Shown here one piece after another: positions 1 through 13,404 of a stretch of DNA of 64,000 bases. Numbering within the stretch: the stretch's first letter is position 1; every line of letters starts with the position of its first letter. The notes beneath the pieces were generated by a model that worked only from the letters and a program-made list of their open reading frames with translations, made no database searches and had not been told where the DNA came from. Made by a program: the position numbers and the translations under genes. The stretch is from Phoronis australis (lineage: Eukaryota; Animalia; Phoronida): NCBI GenBank assembly GCA_002633005.1, contig NMRA01000156.1:460488-524487 (forward strand), in the 5' to 3' direction.

Positions 1-225
1 CCAGCCCCCCCCCCCCCCAAAACACTAAAAATGCATACATTTAAATCTTGTTTCATCCGTATAATTTAAATTACCGGGGTTATTTAATAAACTCAACATT
101 TCCTTACGCTCTTGCTGTTAAAGTTTCCCTTTCTATTTTCAGTAACAATATGGAGAAGATAGAGCCATTTTACGGGTAAAAGCATAAAAATGAATTGTGG
201 AAACCACCCCTGTTTAAACGCTGTT

Positions 226-338
226 ACAGGTTAACGCCACACCTCTCGGCGAGGTAAGATCGACCGTATACGAAGTGATGTAGATATAGACCGATTAAGA
301 CGGTAAAAAGACTAATTAAAATCGGGTGGCATTCTCCT
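226..338 (-). mobile_element. Kolobok-like family copy A, terminal fragment (THAP-side end only)
   Basis: Ends cgggtggcattctcct|ttat and matches the termini of the copies at 45754 and 63798. Confidence 0.8.
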
Positions 339-3300
339 TTATGGTGGGTGTGATATGCCATTGTTGATAACCGTCGAGCTTTTACAGCCAGCCTCAATAT
401 CACATGGACAGCGAGGCGTGAATTTCTGGTTTACTCTATATGGAAGTTTTTAAAAGTCTCACCGAAATTCATTTAGACCAGGGTTCCAACCCATGTACTA
501 GAAACTATAGTGCGAGTTCGGAGTTCGGTAGCGTTAGGACCTCGCTATAAAAAGCGAGATTACGTGAGATGTTGTCGTGTATTTAAATACGCCGGAACGC
601 GTTATTTTGGCTACATTTTTCTGGTCTCGGTATACCTGCTGAACTCTACTCAGATATTCTGGACCTTGCCTTCGTCGAAGTTAATGGCAAACACTCAAGG
701 AGAACCCGATGGAAAATAACACCAAATCTTTTTTAAATTAGCTGCAAATGCTACAAAATTTCGCCAACTTTAGAGGAAAAGAAATTTATTCGACTTCTTT
801 TTAAAAACTGTTGCATGCAATTCAAAGTGCAAGTGTAATGAAATTGTGGTATTTACAGAATGCACGTCATTGGGAATATGTAATCTTTTCTGAGATGGCG
901 AGGACCGGCACTCTGTGTCCAATGTTGTACAAGCAGATAGTTGTACGTGAACATGGCCTTCACTTTGCGTTTACCACCATCATACAGTAATATTAAATCA
1001 GTTATAAAGGTTCTGTTGTCAGACGAATTCATGCACATTTTCTATAGGGGTAATGTAGACAAACGTGTACATTGGAATATTTCTCTTTTCGACACCATAA
1101 TGACGAAAGGGTGTTTAACTTCATTGATCAAAGGAAGATGCCAACGTTGACACTTAACAGCACGTATACTAAAAGAAAAATAGTTCTTTGTATGTGCAAC
1201 GGCCTCCCACCCAGGTCACCCTCACTTGGACTCGCCCAACAGCCGGCGGAGGACGCTGTACTCGGGGCTTAGGACCTGCCCCTATTATTGAGACATTTGT
1301 GTCAGTCCAGCTGCAGGGAACTCCACGATAAGGTAAGTTAACTTGCATTCGCTCGCGTCTATATGATTTTAAATATGAAACAAAAGTTTTTGTGCGTCAG
1401 GCAAGCATTGAAATAGTGCAATGGAAGTATTTGATTGATTTGGAGGAGTCGAGGACGAAATGATCAAACAAAGACATGTGAACGTAACTGAATGTATTCT
1501 TACTCAGAAATTAAGATTATCTTTAGTGCCTCATATAGGCCACTTACGATAGGTAATTATTTCAGAATTCCACGAGTAAGATTGACGATTTGTCGTCTAT
1601 TTAATTTTAAGTTCGTTCGGAACCATTTCAAAAAATGTGTGACTAGAAATGATTGTTCTATTACTGTAAAATAGTTTAAAAGCACATATTATTCTGGATG
1701 GCCCAGGACCGCTCTGACCAGAAAACGGCGATAGAATCCCGTTTTGAAGTTTTGCGAACGTCCGTCTAGGGGAAATTGTGACCTCGGTGGTTAAATTTTA
1801 ATTTTAATTTAATAAGACAGATTTTTAGACGTTTTTGTGCCAACTATTTTGCGGATCTTGCAATTGAAAGACTAGCACTTTTATCAAATATGAAGTCAGT
1901 GGCTTGAAATAAAACCATGCAGTGCACCAAGTTACGTCAACGAGAAGAATATTATGTGAAGACATCAAAACCATCGCGGCAGCTTAAATATTTATTTTCA
2001 GTCTAGTAGTTAATATTCAGACCGTTACATGTACTTTCTCTACCGCCATCTGCCTCCATTACAAATCGAATTGGGGCACTGAACAAGGCTTTAGTCAAAC
2101 AGTTCTTGTTGACTCTTCTGGTGTTATTTGGCCATGACACCGTGTAGGCGAAGAACAAATATTCGGATTTGGCGAGTTGACAAAGGCCAAGCCTTATAGA
2201 CCTTACGACAAGTTTTACAATCCGTGCAATGTGTACCCAGTATTACGTAGTACTTTAGGGCATGCGCTCACTTCTATTGTGAAAGTGTTTATACGGCATA
2301 TTCCTTCCAGTTCGGCGAGGGCATTCTGGGAGTTTAGTACTGTTTTCTTCCATGATCCGACATTCCATCGTAGTGTACCAAGCAATTTCAGTGGTGGCCA
2401 CTTTGGTTGTGCGTGCGAGTGAGACTGCGCGCGCGCACTTGCAAAACCCTTGCGTCATCTTGCAAAATAGCGGCATTGCTATACGCTTCCCGGCTTGATC
2501 GATCAATAATTCGCCATCATGGCAATGCTCTGAGGAAGAAAGGTTCAGCGCCCTCATGCTACTCTCTTCCCCGTTAACATAGGTTTCATGAAACGGTGGG
2601 GACACGCCAAGGAATGCACTTATCAAATTAATAACACTCCCCGGCGGACAGAAATTTAATTACTGCATAGTGGTTCATTAATCTAAAATTTTTAGGATAA
2701 ATCACTCTGTAACCTCCTTTTATTGTTTCATTAGGTTGAGTTCATTTATTTTAACTTTTTTGACATCAGCTGGGATCGAACTTCTCTCGTTTTATCAGTA
2801 GCAGTCAGCGGTTGCACAGCTGCGGATTCTTCATCTCAGTGTGAAATATATGGAGCATGATGTCCTTCATTCATGGACGTTTCAAGATGTTTGCCTTTTT
2901 GAATGAGCCATTAGAAAACATACTGCAAAGCGGTAGAAATTTGCCGGCATTATGACCTTAGGAAAGGTGTTAAACAATTTTTATACCAGGTTGAAACCTC
3001 CCGACCACATTACATGGGATGGTGACGCTGAACTCCTGTCCACCAAACATCTGATCGTCGTCTGGCGGGAAAGTGAATTTCGAAAATCAACTTAGAGCTA
3101 TTGCAGAAGTCTCCTTCAATTCTCTAAATAAGTCCCACTCGTGCTGGAACTGAGCTGTTGTTCAGAAACCATGGGTTCAGACACGTTAAGGCTACATCCG
3201 AAAAAAGAAACTATATACATAGACGGATTTAGGGGAGGGGCAGGAGCTTCCCCCCCCCCTCCTTGGCTGCCGCAAGCAAAGTGAAACAGCAATACAGCGT

Positions 3301-4544
3301 AAAGCTTGAGAAAATACGGAGTTCAGGAGCTAGGATCGGTTGCGGACGAAGGGGAAAAACACGTTCCCGGTCTATATCCTCGGCCCCGCACCTTTCGGGC
3401 CGCCCATAACGTAGAATTGTCGTGAGGACTACAGGGACCTCAGGGGTCTAACACTCCACTGATTTATCTACATCATTTTGAAAACGCTTTGTGTGTCAAA
3501 AAAGAGATAAGCATACCTGCAGCTGATGCAGCAAGTAGAACTACTCTCGTTTATCATATTGGTGTAGACTCACAGTTGAACTGTGGTTTTCTGTTGACCC
3601 CAGACCGTCCGGAGTTGCACAATATACCAACTCCGGACGGTCTCTCACGACGATTTAGCGTGTTTCTGTGTGCACGTACAATCGGGCTTTTGGCCAATTC
3701 CCCGAGGATGTTGTCCCCCCTTGTGGTATCCTGGGTCCGCCACTCATACGTTTATCCAAATTCACGGTGACATTTCCCGTTTCTGTGGTAATCGGTGAGT
3801 TGGAATGTGGAGTTATGGGACAACAGTCGTTGTTTCCGCTCCATAAGCGGAGATTTCTCTCTGCAACTGCATTGCGCGAGTGTCTCAGGGACTTGCAAAA
3901 CGCATCCCTGGAATTTGTCGCTCTAATTTGGCATTATGGGCGTGATTATCGATTGCTTTAACAATAAAACTAGTATGTTGCGAGATTGGCAAGACCACAG
4001 CTTCGTGAGACATCACCATGCAATATATGCGAAGCATTCACTCGTCACTGATGAACATTACAGAATGCGCTTCATCACCAGCCTTTTCTGTCCGGAAATT
4101 TGATTGGTTGTTGTTAAGTCTTTCACCACCTGGTTATTCCTAATGAAAGTTTGAAACGATTTTTCAGCCATGTCAGCTTTGTTTCTTATTTTGTGCTTAC
4201 CTTAGTGAGTTCGAGGGCTCTTTTTCCTGTTGTCGAAATGTGTTCATTTGCCAAGTCTTGCTAGTTGAATCAAGATGATACATTTGAGATGGACTCAACC
4301 TCTGTTCCCAGTATCAGTTGAATGCATGTTTGTGGGCACGTGACATTGTTAGCTTGGACAAAAAGTGGCTGAGTGAGTTTCGGGGGAAATTATTCGACGG
4401 CAACCATTACTGCCTATCCGAGTAGGCCATAATATGACCACTTTTACATGTTGCTGCTTCATGGCGGCTCGACAGACACAATTATGTACATGCCCGTATT
4501 CCTTGCTCTAGCCTGAGTGGTGAACACAGAATACACATAGATAT

Positions 4545-4748
4545 CATGCGCGCACCCAGAGGGGGGGGGGCTCAAACGAGCCATCACCCCCCATTTGGCG
4601 AAGTGGGTAAAAAGGTCCGCCTCACAGAAACAAAAAGTCCGAGAAAACGAGACAAAAGTCCACTAAAAAGGCGCCGCTTTTTTGTTAGCAAAAGGCCCAC
4701 TTTGTCAGAGATACGAGCCCCCCATATTTAAGGCTGGGTGCGCACATG
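4545..4748. mobile_element. MITE with 15-bp TIRs and a 5-bp TSD
   Basis: gatat|catgcgcgcacccag ... ctgggtgcgcacatg|gatat. Confidence 0.8.
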
Positions 4749-5789
4749 GATATGTCAACGGCACAGGCAAAGATATAATGCTTTCTAGCACTGCCTCGGC
4801 TAACTCCAATTATTACGCATTATATTACTCGTAATAAACATTTAAACACGTGCAGGCGCAGGTAAAGAAGAGATCTAGGCAGTTCAATATCTCAAGTACC
4901 CAACTGTCGATCACCTAAGACAAAACCGCGATTTTCAGTATGTGAATACCTCGTGGTAAGTTGGACAGGTAACATTCGGCTTTCGTTGGTCAGTGCTCGA
5001 TGGCGAATACAGAGACAGTGGGTTATTTCAGTGTCACTGACGGAAATAGGGTGTCTAGAGGAAGGCACAATCCCTCTTTCCAAAGAAAAAGTTATCTGAA
5101 TAATACACGTCGTGCCGATGTTTTATCTTTTTTGTTGATCGTGTCCGCTTATGAATCTATGAGGTTGCCTTAAATTGCGCAGATACTTGCCCAGTGTTGG
5201 ACTTTGGATTCATATAAACGCTTTTCATGTTCAGAGTAAATGTCTTTGGGCATTCATAACTTACTCGGAAAATCTGTTTTAGAAATCACAAATATTTGGG
5301 AGCAGCATTTCTTTTCCCGCGTTTTTTGTGAACACAGCATCGGCATTGTGACATTTGTCCAGATATATGTGTGTGGTTATCAAACAAAACAAGTCCGCGG
5401 TGATATTGAGGGTTTTGGGGGTCGACATTACGATGTGTTAACGTTCTTGACAGTCATTCATTCCTGGGGTAAAACACCCCAAAAATACCACGCACCGCAA
5501 GAATTCTTACTACATGTATGTACAAAAACCCTTTCCACGAGCACTTTCAGTGCAATAAAAACTCAGCGGAATAAGGCTTTCTGCGGCAAGTAGGGCAGGG
5601 TTTCAGTATTTTGCATTCGTTTGTATTAAAAACTAAAGCCGATTAGCTTGCTTACTCTCATTTGGAAATTCAAAATGGTAGAGAAAACCTTGTAATGGTA
5701 TGATTTTGTAACTCTCACCAAGGAGTGTAGTACAATTGTTCGTACACTCCTTGCTCTCATCACGTGTCACGTGATTTCAGGTCGCCATC

Positions 5790-5900
5790 ATGACTGAAAG
5801 AGTTGAAGTGGAGGGAGAGTCAGTGAAGCTGGAACTGGAATCTGCCAGTCAAGTTGATCTCACAAACCGTGACCCGGAAGAGGTTAATCAGCATCTTAAG
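5790..5900 (+). CDS. CAV: Caveolin, coding exon 1 (MTERVEVEGESVKLELESASQVDLTNRDPEEVNQHLK)
   Basis: ATG at 5790 (gccatcATG) follows an acceptor tttcag at 5780. The exon is 111 nt, phase 0, with donor AAG|gtaatt at 5901. DLTNRDP..NQHLK matches the caveolin DLVNRDPKHLN motif. Absent from the ORF track. Confidence 0.93.
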
Positions 5901-5960
5901 GTAATTTCTTTTGATTCGATATGAAAAAGCGCTCAGGAAATTGTGCTGAAACCGCGAATA

Positions 5961-6174
5961 CCGTAAACTCGCAGGTTAACGCCCCGGGCGCCTAAATTGG
6001 GAAACTCTGAGACAAGGGGATGGGCGATTACCCGAGAGGTGGGCGCTTACGTGGAAAGTAGCACAAAGTAGGGGATGGGCGATTACCCAAGCAATTGGAG
6101 CTTAAACCGAAAATTGACCAATAGTCGGGAATGGGTGATTACCCGGACATGGGCGTTAACCCGGGAGTTTACGG
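5961..6174. mobile_element. Tc1/mariner/pogo-type MITE in the caveolin intron
   Basis: TA|ccgtaaactcgcaggttaacgccc ... gggcgttaacccgggagtttacgg|TA, with internal gggatgggcgattacc repeats. Confidence 0.85.
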
Positions 6175-8024
6175 TAATTCACAGATTCGATTAACGTTCT
6201 CGTTTGAGAGTATGGGAGAGCCGTTTGCCTGTTTAGGCAAGTTTACCAAATTGCGTTTAATTGAAACTCAATTTTAAGTGGAATTATCTGCGGACCAGTG
6301 TATATGTTGAACAAATTTGTTTCCTATCTTAGCATCAAAATACCACGTGTATTCCTGTTCACAAAAAGTAATGTTCCCAAACGTTTGCGCACAGTCTGCT
6401 AGAATTTTAAAGTTCCTGAATCAAAGTGTTTTGCCATTTTAGATAGGTTTGGAATTGTACGAAATAGAAACTAGACAAGATTTTATGAGTTTTCAGAGTT
6501 TAAGATTTTTAACTAACACATTATATTTTTAATGGACAACATTAACTTTCACAAAAGTAGTCAAGCCTAAAATATTCATTATGAAGAGTGCCACGTCACC
6601 TACATTAACAAATGCAGTGTGTAGAGTTCTGCAGGTAGCTCGTGTACAAAGGTTAATATCCTACTTTCTGAAGAACTTATAATTCTACTATCCACTGATG
6701 ATCGTATGTTATTCACGCATATAGCGATCATGCTTCGCAAGTCAATTAACACAGGGATGAGGAATGCGGACCGGGAAACGAGGATGTAAGGTCAAGCAAC
6801 AGGCGACGGAAACTGAAAAGTTGTTGACTTTGACAACCAATCGGGTTCCTTGGGAAAATATCAGTATCTTATTTTATTTGGTTGGCGAACTTACCGATCC
6901 AATACGAAACTTTGCCAAGTTATATGTTCGTTGAAACACGTCCAGTTCATTTTGCAATGTCCGCAGACGCCGATGAACCATCTAATCCTATCCTTAGTTT
7001 GTCTTCTCTCTTGTACAACTTTCGTAAGTCTTTATTCTCTTTGTCGAATCACTCAGTGGAGATCCCCTTTTTGTGATGACGCAAATTCTCCAACATCGCC
7101 ACCTAGATGAGAAGAGGAGCTGTTCAGTGGTAGTACAGGCGATGAAATGAAAACAAGTACACGCACGCAACTCAGCGGAGTTCAAGCAGAGATTATTTCC
7201 ATTCAATCATAGATTATAGATAAAAGATTCGCCACTCCGACATCCTACAGGAGATGCAACCCTCTAACCATAGCAAGTTCAGCTTCCGGTCAGTGTATAG
7301 TGACGGGTCTTAAGCAACGAAAAAATAATAATTTCGGCATTGAAACGTTTTTCAAGGTCTTCCAACAGAAATTTTGAGCGGCACCGGCGTGCATTCGAGC
7401 TTACAATGAAACGTGAAGTAAACTGCTGTTGAAGTGCCAGGTTGGTTTTTGAGTAGGCCTGGTGGTTATTTCTGGAGTATTAATACGAGCTTTATTAAGT
7501 CGTTAACGTTTTACAAGTGTTCAATTTATTTAAACACGGATGTGAGTTAGGCAAAACCGCCGATCCAAATCCCGACGAAATGACCACGATTAGCAGACGA
7601 CGTACTTGCCAGAAGTAATGTGTGCTATGTCTGCTAGGCGTCACTAGTGAATAATGATGTCAGATTCCGGCCATTGAAAATATACGACGTTGGCGGTCCA
7701 TGTACTATAATCCATGGTTCAATTGACAATTGTCTTAGTTTTTCAGCGACACTGATTAAAATTTTCCGCGATTATCGTTACAGAGTTTAAGGACTTGTAA
7801 ATATGGGGATTTTTGTACCAGGATAAAAATCCTAACTCGATTTGATGTATAAAATACAAAAAGATTTGTTTAATTTGAATTTTAGCTGTCTGATTCGTCA
7901 AACTTGGGTTCGTGTTAAAACAATCAACAAACTAAACTGAAGTAGGTTGCTAATTTTTTATAGGTGGATTGTTTAAAGAAATAGTTTACTCAAAATCCCA
8001 CGTGGTTTCTCATTATATTTACAG

Positions 8025-8366
8025 GTGACGTTCTTCGAAGTGTTCGCCGAGCCCCATCCCACCATTTTTAGCTTTGACAAGATCTGGCAGCTGGCGTTCC
8101 AGGTGTTCACGGCTACTAAATTATGGTGCTATCGGATCCTGACCGCCATCTGCGGATTGCCCTGCGCTGTCTTTTGGGGATGTAATTTCGCGTGCATATC
8201 ATTCTGCCACATCTGGTGTACGGTGCCCGGTTTGAGAGCTTGGTTTATAGAAATGGAGTGTCTCAAGAGATTCTTCACCCCTTGCATGGACACTTTCATT
8301 GCTCCGTGTTTCCTCGCCTACGGAAAGTGCTTCTCCAGCATTAGAATCTATATGGAGAAAGAGTAA
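8025..8366 (+). CDS. CAV: Caveolin, coding exon 2 (signature, scaffolding and intramembrane regions; 150 aa in total)
   Basis: Acceptor tttacag|GTG at 8024/8025. VTFFEVFAEPHPTIFSFDKIW matches the caveolin FEDVIAEP..THSFDGIW signature. It is followed by TKLWCYR, a hydrophobic hairpin with HIW..P, and a GKCFSSIRI C-terminus. Confidence 0.96.
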   Translation: MTFFEVFAEPHPTIFSFDKIWQLAFQVFTATKLWCYRILTAICGLPCAVFWGCNFACISFCHIWCTVPGLRAWFIEMECLKRFFTPCMDTFIAPCFLAYGKCFSSIRIYMEKE

Positions 8367-9295
8367 ATAACCGACCTTCCGGTCCGTGTTTTCTTGAGAG
8401 GCGTTTGTTTTCGTGGAGTGGTATACGTGAATGCTATAAACAACCTCTGTTCAAATACTTGTTGAGCTCTGCATTCAACTTTCATTAGGTTGAATTACGA
8501 AACGTACAAACGTTTTGATTTACACTGAAATATCTCTCAGTTGTTCATTCAGCTCATCAATGTGCGCGAACATAAAGGGGCACTTACATAAGTGTATGAC
8601 GTCGTTCTGTGCTCCCAGGAAATAGATGTAGTCTTCGGGAATTACGGGTTAATATTCATGACAGATGTTTTGTTGTTCAATTAAGAGCATTGTTTTGGTT
8701 TACTAGTCCCTGGAAATGGCTCAAAGACACTCCTTTCGTCTTTAAAACATTTATAAAATGTTTTTGTTTTTTGTAGTTACGTACGAAGGTTCAGGGTATG
8801 CAGTGATGTGATTTCACTTCGTTCTTCTGTGATAATTGTGCGAATGCACACTTCTGACACCCCTTTGTTGTAAGCCATAGGGTAAATCCACTTCTAAATA
8901 TATTCACTTAGCTTAGTCGAAGTACTGTACCAGTTTATTTTGGTCCTTATCGTTTAAACAAATAGCACTCACGCGTTCACAGCCGTCTTGTGTAGTACGA
9001 GCAAATATGTGAAGGCCACGTGGGCGTTGAGAAGGTATTTGCTGCGTTCAAATTTGGTTGAGAAACGAATGAGCCGAGTGTCGCCTCAAGCACGGAAAAT
9101 GTGCGACTTTCAAATAATATGTTGGACTGGTAAAACGGAAACGGGTGCACATGTGCTGCAAACGTTTCACTCGTCTCGATTCTCGATACAAATTTTGCCA
9201 ATTTCAATGTATTCAACTTTGAACGAAGGCAAAACCAATCAAGAGCAGCGTTGGAGCGTTGACTGGCGCCCACGTCGTATCGCAAACAATATAAT

Positions 9296-10110
9296 ACTAG
9301 GGGTCACTAGGTGGTGCTGCATGACTTGAATCAGGCCGAAAATCAAATGGTATAGGCGTATTGTCGTCATACGCCTCAGTGTCAAGTTTCATTGAAATTC
9401 GTTAATCATTTCTTTAGACATCGGAAACCCCATTTCCCTCTTGAAAAAAAAATCCTTGACCACCAGGAGGTGCTGTAAAGGTCGAATTCACCTGAAAATC
9501 TTGTTTAAGTTTCATTGGTATCTGTCAATCGGTTCTTTGGATGTCACCCGGGAACGCTCTTCTCCCAAACAAAAGAACACTAGAGAACAAAAAATACTAC
9601 TAGGAGGTGTTGCAATGGTCGAATCGGCCCGAAAATGCCAGCGCATTGACATCATATATTCTGTGCCAGTCGGGTCTCTCAATATCCGGAAACGCTCTAC
9701 CCTAATATGGCTACAAGCCACTAGAAGGTGCTACAGTGCACGAATAAGATCGAAAATATAATGGCGCCGGTACACTGCCATCACATACTTCTGTGTCAAC
9801 TTTCACTCAAATATGTCAATCGGTTCTCTACATACATGTATCATCCGGAAACGCTCTCACACGAAATGGCCATTAGGAGGCGCTGCAGGGGTCGAATCCG
9901 CCAGAACATTTAATGGTGTAGGCGTATTGATACCTCTGTGTCCAGTTTCATTGTAACCCGACAATCATGTTTCTAGATATTATCCGGAAACCCCAGGGGG
10001 CAATGCAGATTTAACTGTTTTAGAGATGCCGAATTTCATCAAATTTGATCTGGGATTTTTGAGAGCGGACACCAGGACGTCCAGGCGCACAAAAAGCATA
10101 AGTTGCTCTG
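9296..10110 (+). repeat. Satellite-like array element (120-155-bp degenerate units), possibly Helitron/Helentron-associated
   Basis: Recurring ccactaggaggtgctgca, gtcgaat, tttcattgaaa and ggaaacgctct blocks. Same family as the arrays at 24-32 kb, in the opposite orientation. Confidence 0.7.
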
Positions 10111-11665
10111 ATCTGTACCCCTACTCAATTTGGAAGCTGCGTTTACTAGATAAAGTAAAAAAACCTCCGTCCTTATCAAATTCACCCATGTTCTTAAACT
10201 TTTTGGGAAGCCTCACAAACACACCGGCGCAGAGTTTGAAGTGCCGTAGCTTGTCCTTCAGTGAGCCATAACGCCCCACCCCCACAAACCTGTATCACTT
10301 TTGTTCGTCTCGGGGATTTTTTGAGAAAATGGGTAGCTAAAAAAGTCCGCAGCACCACATCAATCAGATCCATTTAGGTTTTTTTGCCAAAAAGGCAAGG
10401 TTTGTAAGAATTTGCTGAGATCACGCATTGCAAACGTGGCACGAGGTCTAGCTTTACAGAAAGGGTCCCCAGTACTTGCTCGCTTTATGAGTTATACATG
10501 TCTGAAACAAAGTGTGACAAGTGGTCAAATCTACAAAACTACAACGAAACTAGATACTACACCAGACCAAAGCCCTTGACGAGAAAAGCTTGTATGGTGA
10601 CGGGCTTCGCTTGCAACGCATGGCGGTATCTCGCGAAGTCTTGCGTTTTCGGGATATTCTTGCAGGAAATTCGCAAAAACGCGAGATCTTGCGAGCTTTC
10701 CGAGATATCGCCAAGCAGAACACGTGATCACTGACGCCAGTTTTCCTTAGTGAGGGTTTTGAGTGCATGGAACTCAAATCAGGTTACAGCCTAATATGAT
10801 GGAAGGCGTTGTTTTTGGGGGTACATGTAAAAGCATATAACTAAACAGCGGAAACCACCAGTGGACGAGCTTTGTGCATTTAATGTAAGTTCCACAGGGG
10901 GACTATTGAAAAGTCCTAGCTGGCCATCAAAACGTGCCTAATACGTTTGTCTGCAGGTTGCTTACATTAGTGATCTCCGTTACTTAGAATTCGGAGAGGT
11001 CATTGGTCTAATGTTATGTAGCCCGAGAGGGTTTTACAACTGAAACCAAGCTTTACCTCCTCCAACCAGAAAGGCTGAAAAGAGCACAGGCACCGTTCAC
11101 ACGGTGACTAGAAAGCTAGCGTACTCGCTAGCTAGTGCTTACACTAGCAGCAAAAATGCCGGTAATGTGAATGGTTGCAAGGGTCACGTTTGGTGACGCT
11201 TTGCTGGAGGTTTGAATTATCCCAAAACTAAACGCACATACGCAGCGGTAAGAGGCCTTAATCCTATGGTCACGCCAATCAAATGATGGCGAGATTAGCG
11301 TGCTTTAACATCAAATTTCGTTTAAAAGTGACTCGGGTGGCTAGGAAACAAACTAGCTGTTGGCGAAAATTACTCCTTCGTATCGTTGTCAGAATGGGTG
11401 AACGTAAATTACGTGTGTAAGTTAATTCTAGTTAGTGTCGTTAAGTAATTATTTGCGGCGTAAAGTAGCTTTTTACGGTGCAAAGTAACTAGTTGAGGCG
11501 TAAATTAAACTTTTTGGCGTAAAGTAATTATATGCGAGGCAGAGTAAGAATTTTCGGCGTAAATTAAAGTTAAATTACGTGCGTAATTTACGAACCTAAA
11601 TAATTGACTTACGTGCGTAAATTTAAGCCACTAACAAGAATTGACTTACGCTCGTAACTAAATTT

Positions 11666-13404
11666 GAATGCCACCCGAAAAACAACCTATTTTGTATCAA
11701 TTTAGATCGAGTAGTTCTACTCCATAACGGCACGTTCGGATGCGTTAGTACCCGACACCTGACGGCAGACGGAGGTGTTGAAATTATCCAATGACGTAAT
11801 TGGTTTTACACGCAGTCTGTTCAGCAGTTCACAACACGGGTTACTGGTGTCAGCTTATCGCTTGAATACATCGTTTAACACCAATAAATCATAAACTTCG
11901 ATGTAAAACCCTTAAAAATACACCAAGTTCTTATAAAAACGTGTTGTTTTATTTCGCTGTTACGGATTTATTGGTATTTGGACACACCGTAGCCTACAAA
12001 GTTCGGCATGCCATAAGGTCCGTAGCAGGAGTTTGGGGTTTGTTCGGAGATAAATTCGAAGTATTCTTCCTTGAAATACAGACAGGAGAACATGGATCTG
12101 TGTTATTTAGACTTGGGATTTTTTGAGTTCTAAACACACAAAACGCCTTTTATCCCGGCCAGTGGCTCGGAACCCGATCAGGCCCGTCGCGGCCGGACTG
12201 ATTCGTTATCCCGGCCAGTGGCTCGGAACCAGATCAGGCCCGTCGCGGCCGGACTGATTCGTTATCCCGGCCAGTGGCTCGGAACCCGATCAGGCCCGTC
12301 GCGGCCGCCAGGACTGGCACGAACATAAACCAGCTTGAGTTGGAAACTAAACCTCCAGTCACGAAAAGACTATAATAGTGAGCCAAAGAAATTATGTGTA
12401 CGTAATTATTTAGGTGAATTAACCACGAAACTGAAAATCTACTTACTTGTCGGGGGGCCGAGAAGTCTGGTTCCCCTTCCACAGACCGTCAGCTAGGGCA
12501 AAGGTTGTACAGTGACTTGGATAATGTATTTGTATTTCTAAATAAGGATTCCCCTAATATGTGACCATAGAACATAAAATCGAGTAATTGTGTCACAACA
12601 GCTTTCTGTCAGCAAACACTGAATTAGCATGCGCTCACACGGCCTCGGTGCCCGGTCATTGCCGGCATCAAAAGCCGGTAACGCAGTGGCCCTTCATTGC
12701 TGGCTTCTCAACCTTTCACGAATACTGCAAAGGCATTACAAATTGCCATGAGACAGACTTTGTTTCAGTTTTATGTAAGCATTGGTTAGGATGAGAATAA
12801 TTCATAATGAAACAGAACGCAGAATAATAAACGTCTACATGGCAACTCGCCCGGCGCCAATCCCGACTTAGACTTAGTCAAGAGCTCATCCGACGAAGAC
12901 TTAAGGGGTCGGATCGTTAGGTTTCACAGGCTATCAGTTTGAACCGGAATATACTGATCAAGAAATACTAGAGAGGCGCCTTGAACATGCAACGGAACGT
13001 ATGGATAGTTCTTTGGTAAGCCGGAATTCGTCAGAGAAATCATTGTCGACGAAATGGTGGCCACAGACACGGAGATGTTTCACGGCCTCATACTTGCTAT
13101 TAACAGCGTACCTTTCGTTCTTCACTACCGCGAGCCACTTCCTGAGCATTTTGGGCTCTCGAGGAAGTCGAAATAAACGATATACCCGCTTCCTTCGCAG
13201 CCTCTTAGTTCGGACAAGTGGGAACGATGCACCGCAATATAGCGGCATTCACTCGATCTGCAGACGAACCACTGACCTCGCTGCGTCGTTTCTCACCTTC
13301 CTCACAGGTTAACGCGACACCTCTCGGCAAGGTGAGGTCGACCGTATAAGAGGCGATGTGGATATACACTAAAATGAAGATGGTAAAAAAGAGTGATTAA
13401 ATCG
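11666..13404 (-). mobile_element. Kolobok-like non-autonomous element copy B, both termini eroded
   Basis: Colinear with copy E. THAP remnant on the minus strand (..FRLPREPKMLRKWL..VCGHHF, ORF 12958-13248) and an internal 56-bp tandem repeat. Confidence 0.85.
12150..12307. repeat. 56-bp GC-rich tandem repeat (~2.8 units) inside copy B
   Basis: Units start at 12150, 12206 and 12262 (ttatcccggccagtggctcggaacccgatcaggcccgtcgcggccggactgattcg). Confidence 0.9.

Noticed and set aside
12150-12307. Possible CRISPR array
   Set aside because: Contiguous tandem units without spacers, inside a transposon.
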